A program made the translations under genes and the position numbers. Shown piece after piece: positions 18,891-28,406 of a stretch of 58,214 bases of DNA. Below the pieces are notes generated by a model. It was not told where the DNA came from, ran no database searches, and was given only the letters and a program-made list of their open reading frames with translations. Each line of letters starts with the position of its first letter. Within the stretch, counting starts at the first letter, position 1. The stretch spans positions 1-58,214 of the forward strand of contig SVSW01000004.1 in the NCBI GenBank assembly GCA_015064095.1, in the 5' to 3' direction. The stretch is from Oscillospiraceae bacterium (GTDB taxonomy: Bacteria; Bacillota; Clostridia; Oscillospirales; CAG-272).

Positions 18891-19034
18891 CTTTTTGTCC
18901 TCCGAGTGTATTTTAGTTAATTATACCATATATTTTCTCTTTTGAACAGAGAATTTTGAAAAAAATCGTCGGTATTCACAAAAAGGTAATAACTTTGCTT
19001 TATAATATACTTAATAATCTCAACGGAGGCAAAG

Positions 19035-20132
19035 ATGAAAAGATTTTTGACTGCATTTTTGGCGCTGGTCTTTATTTTACTGCCGTTCGTCGGCTGCGCC
19101 GACACCACGCGCCTTTATAAGATAGATCCGACTGATGAGGAGGCACGTGTCGTCGGAAAGGTGGGCGAATTTGATGTATATTACGACGAGCTTCGCTATC
19201 TGACAATGACTTATAAGCGCCAGATGGAGAGCAAATACGGCGAGGAGATATGGAAGACGGAAGAATCGGCCGCGCCGTATATCGAGGAGCTTAAAAGCTC
19301 TGTTGCTTCGGCTCTGACCGTGAACTACGGGGCTTTGGCATTGGCAAAGGAGAACGGCATCACGCTTGACAGCGAGGAAGTGAAAAAATATTGTGATCTT
19401 CGGCTTGAGGAGATCGCAGCGGACCTCACTCTTATGCTGATATCCTCTCACGGATCGCAAAGCTCGACGACAACGTCAAGCGATTCCGTCGATGATGAAT
19501 ATACTCCCAGCGATGACGAGGTCAACTTGGCATATCGCGATCAGCTTGAAGCAACATACCTGACCGACAGATACGTGCGCTTTACCTTCTCGGTCGATGC
19601 ATGCGTTGAGCAGCTCGTCATTAAATATGAAAAGGACGGGGTGCTTTTGACATCGGATACGGATATTGAAAAATATATAAAATCAAATTTCTGCCGCACG
19701 CTTCATGTTTATATAAGAAATGACGACGGTGAGAGTGTTGCCGAGAATCGCGAAAAGGCAGAGACCGTGATAGCGGAGCTTGAAGGCGGCAAGAGCTTTA
19801 ATTCTATGGTCGGAAGTATATATAACGACGATCTTATGACCACCACCGCAAACGGTAATTATTTCGGTCGCGGAGAAATGGAAACGGCATATGAAGATGC
19901 AGCGTTTGCGCTTGACGAGGGCGAATACAGCGAAATAGTTGAGACGGAGTCGGGCTTCTATATCATAAAGCGCCTGCCGCTTGAGGACGACTACATAAAC
20001 ACATATTTTGAAGATCTTAAAACGCAGTACAAATACGCGAAGGTAAATTCGGACATTTCGGATGTGCGAGACGGACTTTCGTTTGTGCCCAATGAGCTTT
20101 ATAATTCGATCGCTCTTTGGTCGATGAAGTGA
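19035..20132 (+). CDS. Peptidyl-prolyl isomerase, PrsA/SurA-like lipoprotein (parvulin domain)
   Basis: 365 aa. The signal peptide ends in the lipobox-like LPFVGC. The C-terminal parvulin-type region carries FNSMV...GRGEMETAYEDAAFAL...GFYIIKR. Confidence 0.8.
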   Translation: MKRFLTAFLALVFILLPFVGCADTTRLYKIDPTDEEARVVGKVGEFDVYYDELRYLTMTYKRQMESKYGEEIWKTEESAAPYIEELKSSVASALTVNYGALALAKENGITLDSEEVKKYCDLRLEEIAADLTLMLISSHGSQSSTTTSSDSVDDEYTPSDDEVNLAYRDQLEATYLTDRYVRFTFSVDACVEQLVIKYEKDGVLLTSDTDIEKYIKSNFCRTLHVYIRNDDGESVAENREKAETVIAELEGGKSFNSMVGSIYNDDLMTTTANGNYFGRGEMETAYEDAAFALDEGEYSEIVETESGFYIIKRLPLEDDYINTYFEDLKTQYKYAKVNSDISDVRDGLSFVPNELYNSIALWSMK

Positions 20133-21058
20133 TGGGCAAAAAGCACAGAACAAAAAAACGCAGTCAGGGCGGAGAAAAAAGCGGTGCTTTAACTGCGGTG
20201 CTTATTTGGGCTGCGGTTGCACTGGCAGCCGCTGCTCTTGCACTCGTAATAGGAAATCTTCTCGGCGATAAGGCAGACGGTATCCCGAGCGGTGAAGAAA
20301 AACCTCCGCTTTATGAATACGACGGCACAGGGGCACCTGAGATCAACGCTTTGATGATCGATATCGACGGTAAAAGCAACAAGGAGATCGAAGCCGCGAT
20401 ATCAAAGCTCAATGACGGATCAGATGCTTCAATCAGTCTGCGCGGCGATGATCTGAAGCTTAAATACGATTCGGAGATCGCTTTAGCCGTTACGGGCAAT
20501 TCGGGTACGGCAGATCTTACAAATGCTGTCAAATTTATGAAAGACAAGGGTTTATATATCAGCGCGTGCTTTTATACCGCGATCGCGTCGGTCGAGAGCG
20601 CAAGTGCCGCCGAAGCTATGTCGGATTACGAAAGCGCTTTGATGCTTGAAGCGATCTCGGCAGGTGTCGATGAGATAGTGATACTCGGTATGCCGACGAA
20701 CGATACGGGAATAGCTTATGCCTCGTCACTTTTCAAAAAGGTCAGAGATAAAGCGCCCGAGGCAAAGCTCGGTGCTGCCTTTGATTACACGGAATTTTCA
20801 GAGGGACGCGCGGGCTATCTTATTGAAGGCTATTTAAAATTTGCGGATTTCTGCGCGCTTGACGCAAAGGCGGCATTTGCACACGGAACGAACGCCGCAG
20901 CCGTTGCTTCGGAAAACCTTTTCTATTTTGAGAATTATCCCTTGCGCGTGTTGATTGCGGATCTCGGCAAATCTGACCGAGCGGCGCAGGTAAAGGCGCT
21001 GAATCAGCTAGGAATATATAATATTCAATCTGCCTCGACATACTCGGCGGCGGGATAA
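20132..21058 (+). CDS. Hypothetical membrane-anchored protein (basic N-tail, one TM helix, roughly 260-aa extracytoplasmic domain)
   Basis: ATG 20132 overlaps the prsA-like stop (TGATG). MGKKHRTKKRSQGGEK is followed by the hydrophobic stretch ALTAVLIWAAVALAAAALALVIGNLL. I recognise no family motif. Confidence 0.6.
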   Translation: MGKKHRTKKRSQGGEKSGALTAVLIWAAVALAAAALALVIGNLLGDKADGIPSGEEKPPLYEYDGTGAPEINALMIDIDGKSNKEIEAAISKLNDGSDASISLRGDDLKLKYDSEIALAVTGNSGTADLTNAVKFMKDKGLYISACFYTAIASVESASAAEAMSDYESALMLEAISAGVDEIVILGMPTNDTGIAYASSLFKKVRDKAPEAKLGAAFDYTEFSEGRAGYLIEGYLKFADFCALDAKAAFAHGTNAAAVASENLFYFENYPLRVLIADLGKSDRAAQVKALNQLGIYNIQSASTYSAAG

Positions 21059-21086
21059 AAAAGAACGGCAAACCCGTTCTTTTTTA
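21057..21086 (+). terminator. Rho-independent terminator
   Basis: GAACGG caaac CCGTTC followed by TTTTTT, immediately after the stop at 21058. Confidence 0.6.
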
Positions 21087-21125
21087 ATTAAATAATAGTA
21101 TTAATTAATTCAAAAATATGTGTAC

Positions 21126-21154
21126 TTGACAAAATTTTAAATATAATATATAAT
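21126..21154 (+). promoter_or_regulatory. Sigma-A-type promoter for miaB
   Basis: TTGACA (21126-21131), 17 nt, TATAAT (21149-21154), within an AT-rich spacer. Confidence 0.55.
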
Positions 21155-21190
21155 TATATATTAGCCGATTTAAGAGGAATGAGGATCAAA

Positions 21191-22600
21191 ATGCAGGAAA
21201 AGAAAATCTCTTTGCAGCCCGAATATATAAACGCAGTCAAGAAATATACGGAGGCTTACGGTGTCGCCCACGCGCGCGCGCCGCGCGCGTTCGTGCAGAC
21301 CTTCGGCTGCCAGCAAAACGAGGCGGACAGCGAAAGGCTCGCAGGACTTGCAAAAAGCATGGGCTACGAGCTGACGGATACACCCGAAAGTGCACAGCTC
21401 ATAATCGTCAACACCTGTGCCGTGCGCGAGCATGCGGAGAAAAAAACCTTGTCCGTTATAGGTCAGTATAAGCATATAAAAGCCGAAGACCCCGAGCTGA
21501 TCATAGCCGTTTGCGGCTGTATGGTCGGTCAGGAGCATAGGCGAAACGAGCTGAAAATGCGTTATCCTTATGTGGATTTCACATTTCCGCCGGCATCGCC
21601 GCAAATGCTGCCGAAGCTGCTCTCGGAGAGGCTTGCGGGCGGGCGGCGCGTGTTTGTTCCCGGTGAAGAACGTCCGCCTATATGCGAGGATATTCCGGTG
21701 CACCGCGAATCAAAGCATCGCGCGTGGGTATCCGTTATGTACGGGTGCAACAATTTTTGCACATATTGCATCGTGCCCTACGTGCGCGGGCGCGAGCGCA
21801 GTCGCGCGCCCGAGGACATAATTGCCGAGGTGCGCGGGCTTGCCGAAGCGGGCGTGAGAGATATAACCTTGCTCGGTCAGAATGTTAATTCATACGGCAA
21901 AAATACGGATTTTGATTGCGATTTTTCAACCCTTTTGCGCCGAGTTTCCGAGGTTGACGGGGATTTCAGGCTTCGTTTTATGACGAGCCACCCGAAGGAC
22001 GCGACCTTTGCACTTATTGACGCTATTGCGGAGTGTGACAAAGTGGCAAAGCATCTGCATTTGCCCGTTCAGTCGGGAAGTGACCGAATACTTGAGCGCA
22101 TGAACCGCCACTACTCGGTGGAAAGCTATATGGAAAAGCTTGATTATCTGCGCGCGCGTGTTCCCGATGCCGCCGTGACCTCCGATATAATCGTCGGCTT
22201 TCCCGGCGAAACGGAGGAGGATTTTCTGGCGACGCTTGACATTTTGCGCCGCGCGAGATACGATAGGATCTTCTCGTTCATATATTCCCCAAGACGCGGA
22301 ACACCTGCCGCCGAAATGGAGGATCAGATTGCGGGCGAGGTCAAAAGCGAGCGGTTTGCAAGACTTATCGAGCTTCAAAACGAGATCACGCTTGAGAAAA
22401 ACCGCGAGCTCGTCGGTAAGACCTTCCGCGTTCTGTGCGACGGAGTGAGCCGCACCAACGAAAAATATCTTGAAGGGCGCACCGAGCACGATCGGATAGT
22501 TATATTCGAGGGCGAGGGAATTGCTATCGGCGATACAGTCGAGCTTGAGATCACGAAAGCCGACACATTTAATCTTTTCGGAAAAATTTTAGAAAAATAA
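21191..22600 (+). CDS. miaB: tRNA (N6-isopentenyl-A37) methylthiotransferase
   Basis: Radical SAM motif CNNFCTYCIVP, plus UPF0004 and TRAM regions. ATG 21191 (GAGGA 5 nt upstream) is preferred over the listed 21179. Confidence 0.9.
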   Translation: MQEKKISLQPEYINAVKKYTEAYGVAHARAPRAFVQTFGCQQNEADSERLAGLAKSMGYELTDTPESAQLIIVNTCAVREHAEKKTLSVIGQYKHIKAEDPELIIAVCGCMVGQEHRRNELKMRYPYVDFTFPPASPQMLPKLLSERLAGGRRVFVPGEERPPICEDIPVHRESKHRAWVSVMYGCNNFCTYCIVPYVRGRERSRAPEDIIAEVRGLAEAGVRDITLLGQNVNSYGKNTDFDCDFSTLLRRVSEVDGDFRLRFMTSHPKDATFALIDAIAECDKVAKHLHLPVQSGSDRILERMNRHYSVESYMEKLDYLRARVPDAAVTSDIIVGFPGETEEDFLATLDILRRARYDRIFSFIYSPRRGTPAAEMEDQIAGEVKSERFARLIELQNEITLEKNRELVGKTFRVLCDGVSRTNEKYLEGRTEHDRIVIFEGEGIAIGDTVELEITKADTFNLFGKILEK

Positions 22601-22615
22601 AAGGAGAAACAAAAA

Positions 22616-23005
22616 ATGAGAATTGAAGAAATTGCAGCAGAGCTTGGAAAGGCTCTCAAAGAGGACGCAAGACTTGTTGAGCTTGAGGCGGCAAGAAAGG
22701 CATACGAGGAGTCGGAGGAGCTTCGCACTCTTATGACCGAATATGAGGTCAACCAGAAGGCTATCGAGTTTGAGGCGGCAAAGCCCGAATCCGAGGAGCT
22801 GCTTTTGAAGATACAGAACAGACTTGACGAGATCTATGACAAGATCATGGAGCACCCCGTGTTTGTTCGCCTTAACACAGCACAGGCAGAGGTAAATGCC
22901 TATATGGAAACGATCAATAACATCATTACTTTCAATATTACGGGTGAACTCCCCACTTCCTGCACGCACGACTGCTCGTCCTGCGGCGGATCATGCAATC
23001 ACTGA
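22616..23005 (+). CDS. YlbF/YmcA (RicA-like) family protein with a C-terminal Cys cluster
   Basis: 129 aa, helical, rich in E/A/L. It lies directly after miaB, as ymcA follows ymcB(miaB) in Bacillus subtilis. It ends in CTHDCSSCGGSCNH. Confidence 0.65.
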   Translation: MRIEEIAAELGKALKEDARLVELEAARKAYEESEELRTLMTEYEVNQKAIEFEAAKPESEELLLKIQNRLDEIYDKIMEHPVFVRLNTAQAEVNAYMETINNIITFNITGELPTSCTHDCSSCGGSCNH

Positions 23006-23023
23006 ACGGAGGTTTAATGCCTT

Positions 23024-25612
23024 ATGACTCCGATGATGGAGCAATATTTCAGCATTAAGAACAACTACAAGGACTATATACTTTTTTACCGTCTCGGCGA
23101 CTTTTACGAGATGTTTTTTGACGATGCCATAACCGTTTCGCGCGCGCTCGGGCTGACGCTCACGGGACGCGATTGCGGTGAAAAGGAGCGCGCGCCGATG
23201 TGCGGTGTTCCTTATCATGTTTCGGAGGAATATATCGGAAAGCTGATCGAGCGAGGCTTTAAGGTGGCGATCTGCGAGCAGGTCGAAGATCCCGCGGCCG
23301 CCAAGGGGCTTGTCAAGCGCGATATCATTCGCGTGGTCACGCCCGGAACGCTGATCGAGACCGATCTTTTGGCTGAAAATAAAAACAATTATATCTGCTC
23401 GGTATTTTGCGATACCGACGGATACGGAGTTTGCTTTTGCGATATCTCAACGGCAAAGATCTGCGCCACGCAGATCTCCGGGCAGGGGGCAGAGAAACGC
23501 CTGCAAAACGAGCTTGCCACGTTTTCACCGAGTGAGATAATAACGAATCATACCGTCGGCGCGCTTGGCGAAACCGCCGATTTTATCGCGGAGCGCATCG
23601 GAGCTATGCTTTCGGCAGGGCAGGCGGAGAGATTTGATTATGCTCATGCCGCGCGTACGGCGCACGAGCAGTTTGGCGACAGACTTCGCACGGACCGAGC
23701 CGACGAGCGTCCCATGATCTGCGCGATCGGCGCACTTCTCGGATATATTGCGGAAATGCAACGCTCAAAGATCGGCTATATTCAGGACATAGAGATATAT
23801 GACGGCGGTCAGTATCTTGAGATGGACGTCAATACGCGCCGCAATCTTGAGCTGACGGAAACGATGCGAGCAAAGGACAGAAAGGGAACACTCCTTTGGG
23901 CCCTTGATAAGACCTGCACCTCGATCGGTGCGCGAATGCTGCGCTCTTGGCTTGAACACCCCTTGCGCTCGGCTTCGGGAATTGAGATCCGTCAGGGTGC
24001 TGTCGGCGAGCTTTTCGGAAATTTCATGCTCCGCGAGGAGCTTGCGGACAAGCTTTCATCGGTGCTTGACCTTGAGCGTCTTATGACGAAAACGGTATAC
24101 GGCACGGCAAACGGAAAGGATCTGCGCGCGGTGGCATCAACGGCAACTGTTTTGCCGGAGATCGCCGCATTGCTTGCGCCGTGCGTCGACCCCGAGCTTT
24201 CAAGAATTTGCCGAGAGCTTGATTGCCTTGACGATATAAAAGCGCGTATAGATGAAACGATAGTCGACGAGCCGCCGTTTTCGGTAAGAGAGGGAAAGCT
24301 CATTCGAGAGGGCTTTTCGCCCGAGGTCGATCGCTTGCGCGATATAATTGAGGGCGGCGAGGGCTTTTTACACGAGATCGAGGAGCGCGAACGCGAAAAA
24401 ACGGGCATCAGAACGTTGAAGGTCGGTTATAACCGCGTTTTCGGCTACTATATCGAGGTTTCGAAATCATTTATGAACGACGTGCCCGAGCACTACGTGA
24501 GAAAGCAAACACTTGCAAATTGCGAGCGCTATATTACGCAGGAGCTAAAAGAGCTTGAGGCAACGGTTCTCGGTGCATCGGATAAGATCAACGCCCTTGA
24601 ATACAGCATTTTCACGGAGCTGCGCGAATTCGTCGCGGCGAACAGCGAGCGCGTGCTGAAAACCGCAAATCTGATAGCAACGCTCGATGCTTATTATTCG
24701 CTCGGTACGGTCGCAGCGAAGAACAGATATGTCCGCCCGAAAATTGACAACGGCGATGTGCTTGATATAAAGGACGGCCGCCACCCCGTGGTCGAGCAGT
24801 TCGTGCGCGATACTTATTTTGTGCCGAACGATGCGATCCTCGATACGGATAAGAACAGGCTCATGCTCATAACCGGACCGAATATGGCGGGTAAATCGAC
24901 GTATATGCGTCAGGTCGCGCTTATCGTACTCATGGCACAGATGGGATCTTTCGTTCCCGCAAGCGAAGCGCGCATCGGTATCGTTGACAAGATATTTACG
25001 CGCGTCGGCGCATCTGACGATCTGGCTTCCGGTCAGTCAACGTTTATGCTTGAGATGAACGAGGTTGCGTATATTCTTGCGAATGCGACCAAAAAGAGCC
25101 TTATCATCTACGACGAGGTCGGACGCGGAACGAGTACCTTTGACGGAATGAGCATCGCCCGTGCTATAATCGAGTATACATACGGCAAAAAGATCGGCGC
25201 AAAGACCCTTTTTGCCACACATTATCATGAGCTGACGTCTCTTGAGGACGAATTTGAGGGTATCGTAAATTACAATATTGCGGCGAAAAAGCGCGGTGAC
25301 GGAATTATATTCTTGCGCAAGATCGTTCGCGGCTCGACCGACGACAGCTACGGTATTGAGGTCGCAAAGCTTGCAGGACTTCCGAACGAGGTCATAAAGC
25401 GCGCTCGCGAGGTGCTTGCCGTCGTTGAGCGAAGTTCAAAATCGCTCACGACGAGCGATAACGATGCAGCACCCGTTGAGGACGATCTGATATCGATCGA
25501 CGATATGGTCAACGAGCAGGTCATCGAGGAGCTGCGCGGTATTGATATCAATACGCTTTCGCCTTACGAGGCGATGAGCTTCCTTTTCGATTTAAAAAAA
25601 CGTCTGAAATAA
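23024..25612 (+). CDS. mutS: DNA mismatch repair protein MutS
   Basis: 862 aa with TPMMEQYFSIK...GDFYEMFFDDA and Walker A GPNMAGKST. Confidence 0.96.
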   Translation: MTPMMEQYFSIKNNYKDYILFYRLGDFYEMFFDDAITVSRALGLTLTGRDCGEKERAPMCGVPYHVSEEYIGKLIERGFKVAICEQVEDPAAAKGLVKRDIIRVVTPGTLIETDLLAENKNNYICSVFCDTDGYGVCFCDISTAKICATQISGQGAEKRLQNELATFSPSEIITNHTVGALGETADFIAERIGAMLSAGQAERFDYAHAARTAHEQFGDRLRTDRADERPMICAIGALLGYIAEMQRSKIGYIQDIEIYDGGQYLEMDVNTRRNLELTETMRAKDRKGTLLWALDKTCTSIGARMLRSWLEHPLRSASGIEIRQGAVGELFGNFMLREELADKLSSVLDLERLMTKTVYGTANGKDLRAVASTATVLPEIAALLAPCVDPELSRICRELDCLDDIKARIDETIVDEPPFSVREGKLIREGFSPEVDRLRDIIEGGEGFLHEIEEREREKTGIRTLKVGYNRVFGYYIEVSKSFMNDVPEHYVRKQTLANCERYITQELKELEATVLGASDKINALEYSIFTELREFVAANSERVLKTANLIATLDAYYSLGTVAAKNRYVRPKIDNGDVLDIKDGRHPVVEQFVRDTYFVPNDAILDTDKNRLMLITGPNMAGKSTYMRQVALIVLMAQMGSFVPASEARIGIVDKIFTRVGASDDLASGQSTFMLEMNEVAYILANATKKSLIIYDEVGRGTSTFDGMSIARAIIEYTYGKKIGAKTLFATHYHELTSLEDEFEGIVNYNIAAKKRGDGIIFLRKIVRGSTDDSYGIEVAKLAGLPNEVIKRAREVLAVVERSSKSLTTSDNDAAPVEDDLISIDDMVNEQVIEELRGIDINTLSPYEAMSFLFDLKKRLK

Positions 25613-25621
25613 GGAATTTTT

Positions 25622-27499
25622 ATGGGAAAGATTAACGTGCTCTCGTTTGCCGTGGCAAATCTTATAGCGGCAGGCGAGGTGGTCGACAGACCGTCATCGG
25701 TCATAAAAGAGCTGACCGAAAATTCAATAGATGCAGGTGCCGATCGTATTACCGTCGAGATACAGAACGGCGGAGTTACCTTCATGCGCGTGTCGGACAA
25801 CGGCGCGGGGATAGAGCGTGACGACCTGCCAATGGCTGTGCGTCGCCACGCAACGAGCAAGATCAAAAACGAGAACGATCTTACCGCGATCATGACGCTC
25901 GGCTTCCGCGGAGAGGCTCTTGCCGCGATCGCGGCGGTCTCTGATCTTCGTATAATGTCAAAGACGGAGGGGGCTGACAGCGGCGCTAAGGTCGAGGTTT
26001 CGGGCGGTACTATGCTTGGGGTCTCGGATCACGCGTGCACCAAGGGAACGACAGTTATCGTCGAAAATCTTTTCGCAAACGTGCCTGCTCGCCGCAAATT
26101 CCTCAAAAAAGACATAACCGAGGCGATGGCGGTCACAGCGGTCGTTGAAAAGATCGCGCTTTCACACCCCGAGATTGCATTTCGACTTATAATCGACGGA
26201 AATATAAAGCTCGATACCGCAGGTGACGGCAAGCTTTTAAGCGCGATCTATGCCGTTTTCGGCAGGGATTTTTCGCGCGCACTCATTGAGGTGAACGAAA
26301 AGAGTGAGGGGATCGGAATTTCGGGATATATCGGACGTCCCGATAACTGCAAGGTAAATAGAAATTATCAAAATTTCTTCATAAACGGAAGATATGTCAA
26401 GAGCCGTACGGCGCAAGCCGCGCTCGAGCAGGCGTTCACGTCGTATATGGCTCCCGAAAAATTCCCGGTCTGCGTTCTGAATATTGAAATAAACCCAATG
26501 CTCGTTGATGTGAATGTGCACCCGGCAAAGCTTGAGGTAAAGTTTTCAAACGAAAAGCCGGTGTTTGAGGCGGTATATTATACCGTTCGCGCCGCGCTGA
26601 CAAAGAGCTCCGACCGCCCCGAAATGCGCGAGCCGGCTAAGACTCCGATCCGTGCTTCGTTTACACTGCGTGCGTCCGAAATGCAGACGCCGATAAAAGA
26701 CGGCAGGGAGGAAGCGCTTTCTCGCCGCCAGCTTTATGCGGACATAGAAACGCCAAAGTCCGAAAAGAAAGCCGAGATCACAGCGGAGAGCTATGTAAAT
26801 GAGTATATAAAAAATCACGGATCGGGTCGTTTGGATCTTTCGACCGTGCCGCCGGTAAATTCGAAAAAAGAGGAAGCTCCGAAAGAGCCCGTGCGCATCA
26901 TAGAGCGCGGGGAGGAGGTATCTGAGTACCGAATAATCGGCGAGGTCTTTAATTCTTATGTTCTTGTCGAGCGTGGCGAAAAAATGATCATAATCGATAA
27001 GCACGCGGCTCACGAGCGCATAATTTTCGAGCGCCTTAAAAAGAATATGCAAAGCACCGAGATCGTTTCGCAGATCCTCATGATACCGCTTGAGGTCATG
27101 CTGATAAGCGAGGAGGTGGAGGCACTTGAACGCTATAAAAAAGAGGTCGAGGCAACCGGATTTTCATTCAGCTGCGGCAAAAACACCGTCACGGTTACGG
27201 CACTGCCGGACGGAATAGAATCGGGCGCGGCGGCGGATATGCTTTCCACTATGGCAGGGCGCCTGCTTGACGGCACCGGAAGTGCGGAGCTCACGCGCGA
27301 GATCATTTTTGAAAAGGCACTTTATCAAGGCTCATGCAAGGCGGCTATAAAGGCAGGGCGCGAATATCCGAAGGGTTATGCCGAGCAGGTGGTCGCGGAG
27401 CTTATGAAGATACCTGACATCACGTTTTGCCCGCACGGTCGCCCCGTAGCAATGGAAATGTCAAAGAAAACATTTGACAGACAGTTTAAACGGGAATAA
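25622..27499 (+). CDS. mutL: DNA mismatch repair protein MutL
   Basis: 625 aa with GHKL ATPase N-terminus VVDRPSSVIKELTENSIDAGA and a C-terminal dimerisation domain. Confidence 0.95.
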   Translation: MGKINVLSFAVANLIAAGEVVDRPSSVIKELTENSIDAGADRITVEIQNGGVTFMRVSDNGAGIERDDLPMAVRRHATSKIKNENDLTAIMTLGFRGEALAAIAAVSDLRIMSKTEGADSGAKVEVSGGTMLGVSDHACTKGTTVIVENLFANVPARRKFLKKDITEAMAVTAVVEKIALSHPEIAFRLIIDGNIKLDTAGDGKLLSAIYAVFGRDFSRALIEVNEKSEGIGISGYIGRPDNCKVNRNYQNFFINGRYVKSRTAQAALEQAFTSYMAPEKFPVCVLNIEINPMLVDVNVHPAKLEVKFSNEKPVFEAVYYTVRAALTKSSDRPEMREPAKTPIRASFTLRASEMQTPIKDGREEALSRRQLYADIETPKSEKKAEITAESYVNEYIKNHGSGRLDLSTVPPVNSKKEEAPKEPVRIIERGEEVSEYRIIGEVFNSYVLVERGEKMIIIDKHAAHERIIFERLKKNMQSTEIVSQILMIPLEVMLISEEVEALERYKKEVEATGFSFSCGKNTVTVTALPDGIESGAAADMLSTMAGRLLDGTGSAELTREIIFEKALYQGSCKAAIKAGREYPKGYAEQVVAELMKIPDITFCPHGRPVAMEMSKKTFDRQFKRE

Positions 27500-27502
27500 A
27501 TT

Positions 27503-27685
27503 ATGAAAAAGATGAAAGCAAATTGCGAATGTTGCGAATTTTTCGATCAGGACGAGGAATTCGGCGATATCTGCACGCTCAATCTCGACATGGACGAGAT
27601 GGTGAGCTTTATGACGGGTGACACCGCTGATTGCCCGTATTTTAGGTTTTACGACGAGTATAAGTTTGTACAAAAACAAAACTAA
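27503..27685 (+). CDS. Small acidic Cys-containing protein of unknown function (60 aa)
   Basis: MKKMKANCECCEFFDQDEEFGDICTLNLDMDEMVSFMTGDTADCPYFRFYDEYKFVQKQN. It starts 3 nt after the mutL stop and is packed against the next gene. It has 5 Cys (CxCC...C...C). Confidence 0.55.
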   Translation: MKKMKANCECCEFFDQDEEFGDICTLNLDMDEMVSFMTGDTADCPYFRFYDEYKFVQKQN

Positions 27686-27695
27686 AGGGTGTAGA

Positions 27696-28406
27696 ATGAA
27701 AAAAGTTATTGTAACCGGCGGATCGCGCGGTATCGGTGCTGAGATCGTGCGCCGATTTGCCGAGAACGGCGACGCAGTTGCGTTTGTTTACCGTTCTGAC
27801 GATTCGGCGGCAAACGCGCTTGCCGAAAAAACGGGTGCGACCCCAATAAAAGCAGATGTTTCGGTGGCGGAACAAGCCGCCGCTGCTGTGGCGCGCGCCA
27901 TTGACGCGCTTTCGGGTGTTGACGTACTTGTCAACTGCGCAGGAATCGCGCAGATCAAGCTCTTCCTTGACCTGACCGACGAGGATTGGCGCAAAATGAT
28001 AGACACGGATCTTTCGGGGGCGTTTTATTGCTCGCGCGCTGTTGCACGCAAGATGGTATGTGCCCATTCCGGCAAGATAATCAATATCGGCTCGGTCTGG
28101 GGACGCGTCGGAGCATCGTGCGAGGTGCATTATTCTGCCGCAAAATCAGGGCTTCGCGGAATGACGCAGGCACTTGCCAAGGAGCTTGGACCGTCGGGTA
28201 TTACGGTCAACTGCGTTGAGCCGGGAGTGATCGACACCGAGATGAACGGCGCACTTGATGAAAAAACAAAAGCCGAGATTTGTGAAGAAACGCCGATCGG
28301 CCGTATGGGTACTGTCACCGATGTGGCAGATGCCGTGCTTTTTTTGGCCTCGGCGGACTTTATCACGGGCCAATGTCTCGGAGTTGACGGAGGCTTTGGA
28401 CTTTAA
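27696..28406 (+). CDS. SDR-family oxidoreductase, 3-oxoacyl-ACP reductase (FabG)-like
   Basis: The listed ORF (27618) was trimmed to ATG 27696. It carries TGGSRGIGAEI (NAD(P) binding) and the catalytic YSAAKSG. Confidence 0.85.
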   Translation: MKKVIVTGGSRGIGAEIVRRFAENGDAVAFVYRSDDSAANALAEKTGATPIKADVSVAEQAAAAVARAIDALSGVDVLVNCAGIAQIKLFLDLTDEDWRKMIDTDLSGAFYCSRAVARKMVCAHSGKIINIGSVWGRVGASCEVHYSAAKSGLRGMTQALAKELGPSGITVNCVEPGVIDTEMNGALDEKTKAEICEETPIGRMGTVTDVADAVLFLASADFITGQCLGVDGGFGL

